Source: Patescibacteria group bacterium (GTDB taxonomy: Bacteria > Patescibacteriota > Patescibacteriia > UBA1558 > GWA2-36-10). From it: DNA of 64,000 nucleotides. Each line of letters starts with the position of its first letter. The stretch's first letter is position 1. The translations under genes and the position numbers were made by a program. The notes beneath the pieces are model-generated. The model was not told the origin of the DNA and did not search any database. It was given only the letters and a program-made list of their open reading frames with translations. Positions 10,337 to 17,908 of this stretch are shown piece after piece. The DNA is taken from assembly GCA_041662585.1 (NCBI GenBank), contig JBAZSG010000004.1, forward strand, positions 18,173 through 82,172, in the 5' to 3' direction.

Positions 10337-10393
10337 AAATCAAAAAACTAAGCAATGTATTACCCCCGCGAAAGCGGGGGTTTTAAAAAAGAC
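10337..10393 (+). repeat. 57-bp direct repeat, copy 2 (with terminator hairpin)
   Basis: aaatcaaaaaactaagCaatgtattacccccgcgaaagcgggggttttaaaaaagaca; followed by a second hairpin cacccga...tcgggtg (10393..10414). Confidence 0.8.
10363..10384 (+). terminator. Rho-independent terminator (second copy of the CCCCCGC-GAAA-GCGGGGG hairpin)
   Basis: Same stem-loop plus T-run. Confidence 0.75.
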
Positions 10394-10429
10394 ACCCGAT
10401 ACGCCACTCGGGTGTTGTTTCTTTATTTG

Positions 10430-10927
10430 ATGGTTTTTTGGTATAATAACTCTATGGAAAATCAAAATAAACCCTACAATCCAGCCAATGATTCAATAAA
10501 ACAACTTTGGACATACGATAAACGTCTAGATAGATATTTAGTAATTTTACAGACAGTCTTTACGCTGACTTTTTCATACAGGGCTCATATTTGGGGTTTA
10601 TTTGTGTTTATAGCTTTTGTATGTTTTTTCTTAGTTCCTCTTATCTACTTCAGTAAATTTGCTAAGGGGTGGTTCTTAAACAAAAAACTTTATGAGCTTG
10701 TAAGAGAACAAAAAATACCAGCCTGGATTCCAAGAAGGCGTATAAGAACTTGGGTTATCTGGCTTATAATTGGAAATCCAGTTACATGGATGTTTTTTGC
10801 AGCTACGGTTGCTACAGCTTCGCAGGCATTACCAATCTTTGTGTCATTAATTTTAGCTATACCTTGGTATTTACTTGAACGTTTGCATAAGAAAGAAGAG
10901 CCTTATCTTGCACCTTATATAAAATAA
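10430..10927 (+). CDS. Hypothetical membrane protein
   Basis: Hydrophobic helices (LFVFIAFVCFFLVPLIYF, VIWLIIGNPVTWMFFAATVA). The track ORF begins at 10355 inside the repeat/terminator, so the start was moved to the in-frame ATG at 10430. Confidence 0.45.
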   Translation: MVFWYNNSMENQNKPYNPANDSIKQLWTYDKRLDRYLVILQTVFTLTFSYRAHIWGLFVFIAFVCFFLVPLIYFSKFAKGWFLNKKLYELVREQKIPAWIPRRRIRTWVIWLIIGNPVTWMFFAATVATASQALPIFVSLILAIPWYLLERLHKKEEPYLAPYIK

Positions 10928-10943
10928 ACTTAAAAATAAAATT

Positions 10944-11417
10944 ATGAAAGTAAAACCAATAAAACTATCAGCAGCTATACTAATGTCTTTAGCCGCTGGA
11001 GCTATAGGCTCAGCCTTTACTTTTACCGGCATAGATTCTTGGTATCAATATCTCAACAAACCAAGCTTCAATCCACCTTCTTGGATATTTGGTCCAGTCT
11101 GGACCACACTATATATTTTGATGGGTATAGCTTTGTATTTGATTTGGCAAGAAGGACTTAAAAAAGCCTTTGTTAAAAACTCTTTTATATTGTTTATAGT
11201 CAATCTAGTTTTAAATTCTCTCTGGTCTATTACTTTCTTTGGTTTACAAAATCCAGCTTTGGCATTTTTGGTGATTGTCTTGCTCTGGATTACTATCTTG
11301 GTACTTATCATTCGTTTCTATAGGATAAACAAACTAGCATCTTATCTACTGATACCATATCTATTATGGGTTAGTTTTGCTAGTGTGTTAAATTTTAGTA
11401 TTTGGCAGTTGAATTAA
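10944..11417 (+). CDS. tspO: TspO/MBR family tryptophan-rich membrane protein, paralog 1
   Basis: 157 aa; five TM helices, Trp-rich, FNPPSWIFGPVWTTLYILMGIALYLIW signature. Confidence 0.8.
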   Translation: MKVKPIKLSAAILMSLAAGAIGSAFTFTGIDSWYQYLNKPSFNPPSWIFGPVWTTLYILMGIALYLIWQEGLKKAFVKNSFILFIVNLVLNSLWSITFFGLQNPALAFLVIVLLWITILVLIIRFYRINKLASYLLIPYLLWVSFASVLNFSIWQLN

Positions 11418-11452
11418 TAATTATACTAATAATCATAGATAAAATGCAGCAA

Positions 11453-11606
11453 TAAAATAGCCTAAAGTATAGGGTTTTTATGTATTTTTATTAAAAATGC
11501 AGCAATTCGCTTGAAAAAATGACGCAATGAAATAGCTTAAAATATGGGGTTTTTATATATTTTTATTAAAAATGACGCAATTCGCTTGAAAAAATGACGC
11601 AATGAT
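11453..11606 (+). repeat. Two tandem ~77-bp direct repeats upstream of the Fic-family gene (possible operator or promoter array)
   Basis: Unit aaatagcYtaaaRtatRgggtttttatRtatttttattaaaaatgMMgcaattcgcttgaaaaaatgacgcaatg present twice at ~90% identity. Contains five copies of an AATGNNGCAAT-like motif (aatgcagcaat / aatgacgcaat). Confidence 0.8.
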
Positions 11607-11620
11607 GATAAAGTATACTT

Positions 11621-12658
11621 ATGAATAAAAGACAGAAACAAATTATAGAATTTGCTAGGAAAAATGATTCTTTTCAAAATAAAGATTTAGTTATTTTTTT
11701 TGACGATAAATATTCTAGAGAAACAATAACTAGAGATTTATCTTTTTTGTGTAAGCAGAATTTTTTGCGTAAAAGCGGTGCTGGAGCGTTTGTAACTTAT
11801 TCTTTGTCTGAAGTTTATGGAATTTTAGAGAAGGTTAATATCAAAAAATATTTTGATATTCCATACTTAAAAAGAGAAGTAAGGGAAAGTTTTAATTTTG
11901 AAATACTAGATGTCTTGGAGAAGGATATTTTTACAGCTGAGGAAAAAACAAAACTAGAAAATTTACAAAAAGATTTTATTGGCAATTTCTCAAAATATGA
12001 TAGTCAAACTCTTATTAACAAAGAATTTGAAAGAATAATGATTGAATTTTCTTGGAAATCTTCAGTAATTGAAGGCAACACTTATTCACTTTTAGGTACT
12101 GAAGCTTTGATTAAGAATAATGTGATAGGAGAAGGCAAGACAGATAAAGAAACTCAAATGATTTTGAATCATAAGGATGCTTTTAATGAAGCTATTCAGA
12201 ATAAAGAAAGATTTAAAAAATTACATGTTTCTGATATTGAATATATTCATTCAGTTTTAACTAAAAAACTCGGAATTTCTAAAAATATAAGAAACGGAGC
12301 AGTTGGAGTCACTGGTACAAAGTATAAGCCTCTAGATAATGAGTATCAGATCAAAGAAGTGATGAAAAAAATGGTTGATCTCATTAATAAAAAAGAATCT
12401 TTTTTTGAAAAAGCTTTTTTGGTATTAATTCTTATCTCTTATATACAAATTTTTGAAGATGGAAACAAAAGAACCTCTCGTATGATTTCTAATGCTATTT
12501 TATTGGCACATAACTCAATACCACTCTCTTATAGAATCGTAGATGTTGAGGAATATAAAAAAGCTGTTATATTATTTTATGAAATAAATAACGTTTCTTA
12601 TTTTAAACAGATATTTATTAATCAGTTTGAAGATGCCGTTAATAATTATTTTAAATAG
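11621..12658 (+). CDS. Fic/Doc-family protein (class II-like, N-terminal SxxxEG inhibitory motif) with a degenerate catalytic motif
   Basis: 345 aa; SSVIEGNT (S-x-x-x-E-G) upstream of IQIFEDGNKRTSR, which aligns to HPFx(D/E)GNGRxxR with His replaced by Gln and the second Gly by Lys. Confidence 0.65.
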   Translation: MNKRQKQIIEFARKNDSFQNKDLVIFFDDKYSRETITRDLSFLCKQNFLRKSGAGAFVTYSLSEVYGILEKVNIKKYFDIPYLKREVRESFNFEILDVLEKDIFTAEEKTKLENLQKDFIGNFSKYDSQTLINKEFERIMIEFSWKSSVIEGNTYSLLGTEALIKNNVIGEGKTDKETQMILNHKDAFNEAIQNKERFKKLHVSDIEYIHSVLTKKLGISKNIRNGAVGVTGTKYKPLDNEYQIKEVMKKMVDLINKKESFFEKAFLVLILISYIQIFEDGNKRTSRMISNAILLAHNSIPLSYRIVDVEEYKKAVILFYEINNVSYFKQIFINQFEDAVNNYFK

Positions 12659-12712
12659 TGTCTATAGATAAAGTATAGACAAGATCATATCTTTTAATTA
12701 GTGATAACTTAA

Positions 12713-12739
12713 AAACTACTCTAGTGAGTAGTTTTTTGA
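12713..12739 (+). terminator. Rho-independent terminator hairpin X (AAAACTACTC-tagt-GAGTAGTTTT + T-run), copy 1
   Basis: Perfect 10-bp stem; a near-identical copy lies at 17114..17140. Confidence 0.75.
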
Positions 12740-12751
12740 TATAATAACCAT

Positions 12752-13197
12752 ATGAACAAACTATGTCCTATAACAAAACCATATAAGACAGCTAAGCTAA
12801 AGGTATCTAAATTACACACTCTTTATTATGAGCAAGTAGGTAATCCACAAGGAGTGCCTCTGGTATATTTACTATGAGTAAATGGGAATTAGATTGGTTG
12901 CATAATGATAAGGCTAAGATGTTTTATCCTGATGCTTGGCAAGTATATTCTGCTGGTCTAAAGAAAAATCAAACAAGTAATTTGATAGAGGTATTTTATA
13001 AGAAAGTATTTTCAAAAGTTATAATCCAAGGACGTTATGATATGATTTGTCCACCTATTACTGCTTGGAAGCTTCATGAGACTTGGACAAAGGCAGATTT
13101 TGAGATGATAGAAGCTTCAGGGCATCATTCTAGTGAAAAGAATAATATAGATGTTATTATAAAATATACTAATAAGATGTTGAGATATAAAATTTAA
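12752..13197 (+). pseudogene. pip: Proline iminopeptidase (pip) remnant: N-terminal 41 codons and C-terminal ~107 codons joined with a frameshift; ~190 internal codons deleted
   Basis: 12752..12877 encodes MNKLCPITKPYKTAKLKVSKLHTLYYEQVGNPQGVPLVYLL*, the start of the Pip N-terminal signature, but it stops before the GGPG motif. 12874..13197 (other frame) encodes IQGRYDMICPPITAWKLHETWTKADFEMIEASGHHS, a Pip C-terminal signature. Confidence 0.6.
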
Positions 13198-13206
13198 TTT
13201 AAAACT

Positions 13207-16200
13207 ATGTACAAAACTCAAACATTAACTAAAACATCAGTTTCTATTAAAGAAAAAATTGCTATTGGTGTTGGACTATTAGCCATTAGCTTTATTGGTT
13301 TCAACTTTATTTTTTCATTATTTGGTGAAGTATTAGAGCCAGTAAAAAAAATAGTAATATCAAAGCCACAAACTATAGTTAACAATAATGTATATAGTAT
13401 ATATCCAGTTTTTGAAAAAAAGTATGTAGAAGATGAAATTATAATTAAAATTGCAGATAAGGTAAGTAAAGAAACTATTGAGTCTGTGATAATGACAGAT
13501 CTTACAAACTTATCTCCAAAACAAATAAATTTTAGTTTGAGCGAAACAGATAAAGAGTCTGTATTGCTAAAACCTGTATTTTCTCATTTTAAAAATAAAG
13601 AATTAGGATTTAAATATGATCTTGATAAATTTTATTATATAAAAAATTTAAGCACGGATGAAGATCAATTGATAAAGGATTTACAAAAAACAAATAACTA
13701 TGAATATGTTGGACGTTTAGTAGAACCTCAAACTTTTTTTACGCCAAATGATACATTTTATAACAAGCAATGGTTTCTTAATAATACTGGACAAAGTGAT
13801 TTAATAAACTATGTACCGCCAGCAATATCAGGTTTTGATATAAATGCTCCAGAAGCTTGGGATACTACACAAGGTTCCAGTGATATTATTATTGCTTTTA
13901 ATGAATTGACACAACCTAATCATCCGGATTTAGTAAATAATATGTGGGTTAATGATGATGCTCCTGGTGATAAAAATAGTGATGGTTGTCCTGGAGTATG
14001 TGGAATTGATGATGATGGTGATGGCCTGATTGATGAAGATAGATTAGATAATGAACCAGGGGATATGGGGTATTTAAATGATTTAGTCAATGACGATGAT
14101 GAAAATGGATATCCAGACGATATTCATGGTTGGAATTTTACGACAAACTCAGGAGATGTTTATAGTGAGTATGCTCAACACGGCATGGGTGTTCATGGTT
14201 TGTTAGCAGCGCAAGGAAACAATTCATTAGGAGTAAGTGGAGTATGTCCACAGTGTAAAGTTATGTCGATTGGTTCTGAATGGGGAGCTGAATCAATAAT
14301 AGCAGCACCTGTTTACGCAGTTGATAATGGTGCTAGGATTTTAAGTATGAGCTATTTAACAACAGATGATCCAGCTTTGCATGCAGCAGTGCAATACGCA
14401 TATGAGGCTGGATTATTAATGTTTGGTGCCTCTGGTAACTCTAATATCTCAACGGAAGCTCTTTATCCAACTTTTTATTCAGAAGTATTAGCGATTACCG
14501 CTGCTGATCAGTTTGGTTGGAAAGCTCCTTGGAGTGTTTTTGGTCCAAAAACAGAACTTATGGCTCCTGGAAGTGAAATATTATCAACCACAGTTAATGA
14601 TCAGTATGCATATTTTGGCGGTACCTCTGGCGCAACACCCGTTGTGGCTGGTATCGCAGGATTAGTTTTTTCGGCAAATCCTTTACTGACAGCACATGAT
14701 GTAAAAAATATATTACGTACTACAGCACAGCCATATAAATCTTGGTTTTATGCAGGTGTAGGTATGGTTGACACAGAAGCGGCAGTACAACTTGCGCAAT
14801 ATTCTAATACACCAAGAGTAGAGATAAATGATCCACTACAAAGCACAGTAATAGCAAATAGCGACACCTCTTATAATATAAGAGGTAGTGCCAACGGAGA
14901 TAAATTTGTATCGTATGATCTAGTATATGGTAGAGGAATGTTTCCTTCGGATTGGACGTATATTGTGCAATCTAGTAATAATCAAGTAGCGGACAATGTA
15001 TTAGGAATATTTGATGTTAGCAGTGTAGGGGCTGGGTATTATACGGTTGAATTACGAGTTACTTCATCAGACGGAATAGAATATACAGATAAAATAGTTT
15101 TGTATAAACAACATGCATTTGATCAATCTTGGCCAATAGAACTTAGCGCAGGAGGGCTTAAAGAATCATTAGGTATATTTGATATTTTAGATGATAACAA
15201 TCCAGAGTTTTTGGTTGCAGATTATGATTCAAATAACATTGAAATATATTCTATTAATGGTTCTCTTGTAACTAGTACAGATATAGATAGTGCAGTAATT
15301 AATAGTCCAACTTTTGTAGTACAAGGGGATGTAACTTGTGATGGTAATAAAGACACAATAGTAGTGACAAAAAAAAATTGGCCATCTATTCCTTTAATAT
15401 ATATTTATGATAAAAGTGGAAATAAAATTAGAGAATTTGAAGTACCTGGCATAACAATACTCAGTTATAATTTTTCAAACGTCGCATTAGGTGATATTAA
15501 TGGTGATGGCTGTGATGAAATAGTTATTAAAACAGCAGAATCAATTTTAGTTGTGGATGGTAATGGCATAAATCTTGGTTCTAAAGATTATTCATTATTA
15601 CAAATGGGATCCCCAGCAATATTTGATATTAATAATGATGGCACTAATGAAATATTATTTTCCTCAAATGAAGGAATTGATTGTTTAACATATTCAAATT
15701 CAGCTTTATCAATGTGTCCTGGACAATGGCCTTATTATATAGATGGTTATCCGGGAGTAGCTACAATAGTGGTTGATTTGGATTCCGATAATGTTTTTGA
15801 AATTGTTAATTTTGCCTTTTCTATACAAATATTAGAATTAAATGGAACGCTTATTAACGATATTCAAATACCAAGACTTATACCTACTATGGGAAACAAT
15901 GAAACATTTATCACTGGATTTGCAATTGGCGATATTAATAATGATCAGCAATATGAAATAATTTTTACTCGAGATTCAAGATTTGGAAATGTAATGAATG
16001 GCGAGGAGCAAAATATATATGCCTATACATTACAAGGAGCTCTTATTGATGGGTGGCCACAAAAATCTGAAGCATCTGGTAATAGTAAGGTTGCTATTCG
16101 AATTGATGATTTAGATGGAGACGGTATTAATGATATTTTATATGAGCAAAATAATCGTATTTTTGCTTTTCATGGTGATGGAAGTGTTGTGAATAGCTTT

Positions 16201-16623
16201 CCTCGCCAAATGTCAAATTTTGAAAATAGTCAGGAAATAGATATTTATTTATGGGATGATAAGCAAGGCTCCGAGTTATTTCTTTATTCTTTTGTAAGAT
16301 TTGGGGACTTATCTAGGATTACTAAAAATACATTTTCAAGTAATGATTCTATAGGTACATGGCAATTACCTTTTGCGAATAGGCAATCTTCAATGACTCT
16401 ACCAAGTATGTATGTTCAGCCAATGTGTTCAGATGGTACAGCCTATAATAAGTGCAATGATAGTGCTCAATATTGTGATGAAGGTCGGCTTATATCACGT
16501 TGTGATTTATGTAATAAAGGTTGTTTAGATGGTTATGATTGTATATCAGGCCAATGTTGTCAGAAAATAGAAGGTCAATATGAGTGTGATATAGCCACAG
16601 AGCAGTTTGATTTAAAATATTAA
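13207..16623 (+). CDS. Secreted, membrane-anchored subtilisin-like (S8) serine protease with a Ca-binding Asp-rich insert, FG-GAP/VCBS beta-propeller repeats and a Cys-rich C-terminus
   Basis: 1138 aa; N-terminal TM/signal; Asp (DINAPEAWD), His (HGMGVHGL) and Ser (GGTSGATPVVAG) catalytic motifs; DDDGDGLIDEDRLDNEPGD insert; repeated GDINGDGxDEI, FDINNDGTNEILF, DDLDGDGINDILY; C-terminal CSDGTAYNKCNDSAQYCDEGRLISRCDLCNKGC. Confidence 0.8.
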   Translation: MYKTQTLTKTSVSIKEKIAIGVGLLAISFIGFNFIFSLFGEVLEPVKKIVISKPQTIVNNNVYSIYPVFEKKYVEDEIIIKIADKVSKETIESVIMTDLTNLSPKQINFSLSETDKESVLLKPVFSHFKNKELGFKYDLDKFYYIKNLSTDEDQLIKDLQKTNNYEYVGRLVEPQTFFTPNDTFYNKQWFLNNTGQSDLINYVPPAISGFDINAPEAWDTTQGSSDIIIAFNELTQPNHPDLVNNMWVNDDAPGDKNSDGCPGVCGIDDDGDGLIDEDRLDNEPGDMGYLNDLVNDDDENGYPDDIHGWNFTTNSGDVYSEYAQHGMGVHGLLAAQGNNSLGVSGVCPQCKVMSIGSEWGAESIIAAPVYAVDNGARILSMSYLTTDDPALHAAVQYAYEAGLLMFGASGNSNISTEALYPTFYSEVLAITAADQFGWKAPWSVFGPKTELMAPGSEILSTTVNDQYAYFGGTSGATPVVAGIAGLVFSANPLLTAHDVKNILRTTAQPYKSWFYAGVGMVDTEAAVQLAQYSNTPRVEINDPLQSTVIANSDTSYNIRGSANGDKFVSYDLVYGRGMFPSDWTYIVQSSNNQVADNVLGIFDVSSVGAGYYTVELRVTSSDGIEYTDKIVLYKQHAFDQSWPIELSAGGLKESLGIFDILDDNNPEFLVADYDSNNIEIYSINGSLVTSTDIDSAVINSPTFVVQGDVTCDGNKDTIVVTKKNWPSIPLIYIYDKSGNKIREFEVPGITILSYNFSNVALGDINGDGCDEIVIKTAESILVVDGNGINLGSKDYSLLQMGSPAIFDINNDGTNEILFSSNEGIDCLTYSNSALSMCPGQWPYYIDGYPGVATIVVDLDSDNVFEIVNFAFSIQILELNGTLINDIQIPRLIPTMGNNETFITGFAIGDINNDQQYEIIFTRDSRFGNVMNGEEQNIYAYTLQGALIDGWPQKSEASGNSKVAIRIDDLDGDGINDILYEQNNRIFAFHGDGSVVNSFPRQMSNFENSQEIDIYLWDDKQGSELFLYSFVRFGDLSRITKNTFSSNDSIGTWQLPFANRQSSMTLPSMYVQPMCSDGTAYNKCNDSAQYCDEGRLISRCDLCNKGCLDGYDCISGQCCQKIEGQYECDIATEQFDLKY

Positions 16624-16632
16624 ATTAAAAAT

Positions 16633-17100
16633 ATGAAAATAATAAAACTATCAGCAGCTATACTAATGTCTCTAGCCGCTGGAGCTATAGGTTCAGCCTT
16701 TACTTTTACAGGAATAGATTCTTGGTATCAATATCTCAACAAACCAAGCTTCAATCCACCTTCTTGGATATTTGGTCCAGTCTGGACCACACTATATATT
16801 TTGATGGGTATAGCTTTGTATTTGATTTGGCAAGAAGGACTTAAAAAAGCCTTTGTCAAAAACTCTTTTATATTGTTTGTAGTCAATCTAGTCTTAAATT
16901 CTCTCTGGTCTATTGCTTTCTTTGGTTTACAAAATCCAGCTTTGGCATTTTTGGTGATTGTCTTACTATGGGTTAGTATATTAGTACTTATCATTCGTTT
17001 CTATAGGATAAATAAACTAGCTTCTTATCTACTAATACCATATCTACTATGGGTTAGTTTTGCTAGTGTTTTAAACTTTAGTATTTGGCAGTTGAATTAA
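16633..17100 (+). CDS. tspO: TspO/MBR family protein, paralog 2 (~96% nucleotide identity to 10944..11417)
   Basis: 155 aa, near-identical protein; the DNA repeat runs from ~16643 to the stop. Confidence 0.8.
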   Translation: MKIIKLSAAILMSLAAGAIGSAFTFTGIDSWYQYLNKPSFNPPSWIFGPVWTTLYILMGIALYLIWQEGLKKAFVKNSFILFVVNLVLNSLWSIAFFGLQNPALAFLVIVLLWVSILVLIIRFYRINKLASYLLIPYLLWVSFASVLNFSIWQLN

Positions 17101-17113
17101 AGGTATAGAAGAT

Positions 17114-17140
17114 AAAAACTACTCTAGCGAGTAGTTTTTT
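17114..17140 (+). terminator. Terminator hairpin X, copy 2 (AAAACTACTC-tagc-GAGTAGTTTT + T-run)
   Basis: Same stem-loop as 12713..12739. Confidence 0.75.
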
Positions 17141-17217
17141 GGTATAAAAATAGTCGGATGACAGGGACAAGAATAAACTTGTATATCATCCGACTATTGG
17201 ATTGTAGGCCAAGTTGT

Positions 17218-17637
17218 CTAGCCTTCGGACTGCTTGACGGCGTCGAACTCGATCTCGACCAGAGCATCGAAGGGGAGCCAGGAGACACCGAAGGCCTTGC
17301 GCCTGGGCCTCACGACGGAGGTGTTGACTCCGAAGGAGACCTTCCAGCAATCGTTGAGGCAGGCGTAGTCCCGGGGGTAGTTGTCGCTGACGATCATGAC
17401 CGTCGCCGAGTGGACGTCGTCCGGCGTCAGACCGACAGCGATGAGCTGGTCGGCCATCTTCTGCAGTACCTCGACGACCTGCTCCTGGAAGTTGCCGTTG
17501 GACTTCAGCCGGCCGTTCTCGACGATGCCTATGGTGCCGGAGAAGTGGAAGTGGTTACCGACCTGCACGCAGGTTGAGTAGGGTTGACCCGGAGCTTCCA
17601 TATTGGCTATGGCAGCTGGCTTGGTTTTTTGGGGCAT
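17218..17637 (-). CDS. ridA: RidA/YjgF/TdcF-family enamine/imine deaminase, compositionally foreign (~64% GC)
   Basis: 139 aa from the ATG at 17637, preceded by AGGAGGT; YjgF signature (PAAIANMEAPGQPYSTCVQVGNHFHFSGTIG...VVRPRRKAFGVSWLPFDALVEIEFDA); GC-rich sequence matches the ORF extent (~17195..17640). The track's longer start at 17724 is unlikely. Confidence 0.8.
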   Translation of the reverse strand: MPQKTKPAAIANMEAPGQPYSTCVQVGNHFHFSGTIGIVENGRLKSNGNFQEQVVEVLQKMADQLIAVGLTPDDVHSATVMIVSDNYPRDYACLNDCWKVSFGVNTSVVRPRRKAFGVSWLPFDALVEIEFDAVKQSEG

Positions 17638-17742
17638 GAAATACCTCCTATAGTGTACAGGTTTTGTCTGCTGGGCAGACGTTGGTTGATGGATAAAGTT
17701 ATAATAAATAACTATTTTTGTCAATAATTGTTTTAAATAAAA

Positions 17743-17871
17743 ATGTACAATTTTGTAATTTTAAATATTTTATAAAATGTACAATTTTAAAGTAAAAATA
17801 TCAAAAAATAAGGTATTTTTAGCATAAAAATGTACAATATTATATTAAAAACTTGTCAAAAAATGTACAAT
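17743..17871 (+). promoter_or_regulatory. Four direct repeats of (A)AAATGTACAAT (palindromic TGTACA core) at 17743, 17777, 17830 and 17863, upstream of a perfect TATAAT -10 box (17887..17892) and the MerR-GHKL gene
   Basis: Motif copies seen directly, in two pairs spaced 33-34 bp; a likely operator array. Confidence 0.55.
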
Positions 17872-17908
17872 TTGTTATACTTATTTTATAATATTAAGCT
17901 ATATAAAT

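Noticed and set aside
5285-10400. Integrase or att-site duplication defining a mobile genomic island at tRNA-Leu
   Set aside because: No tyrosine or serine recombinase gene was found, and no downstream copy of the tRNA-Leu 3' end. The island is called on gene content only, not as a mobile element.
11453-11606. Possible CRISPR array (repeats at 11453..11606 and 17743..17871)
   Set aside because: There are only two 77-bp tandem units with no unique spacers in the first region. The second has 10-bp motifs at irregular spacing. No cas genes are present. These are more consistent with regulatory repeats.
17158-17577. 139-aa plus-strand ORF (and 17381..17581) overlapping ridA
   Set aside because: It is antisense to the high-GC ridA gene. 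Long stop-free antisense frames are expected in GC-rich sequence. It has no RBS or motif, whereas ridA has clear family signatures.
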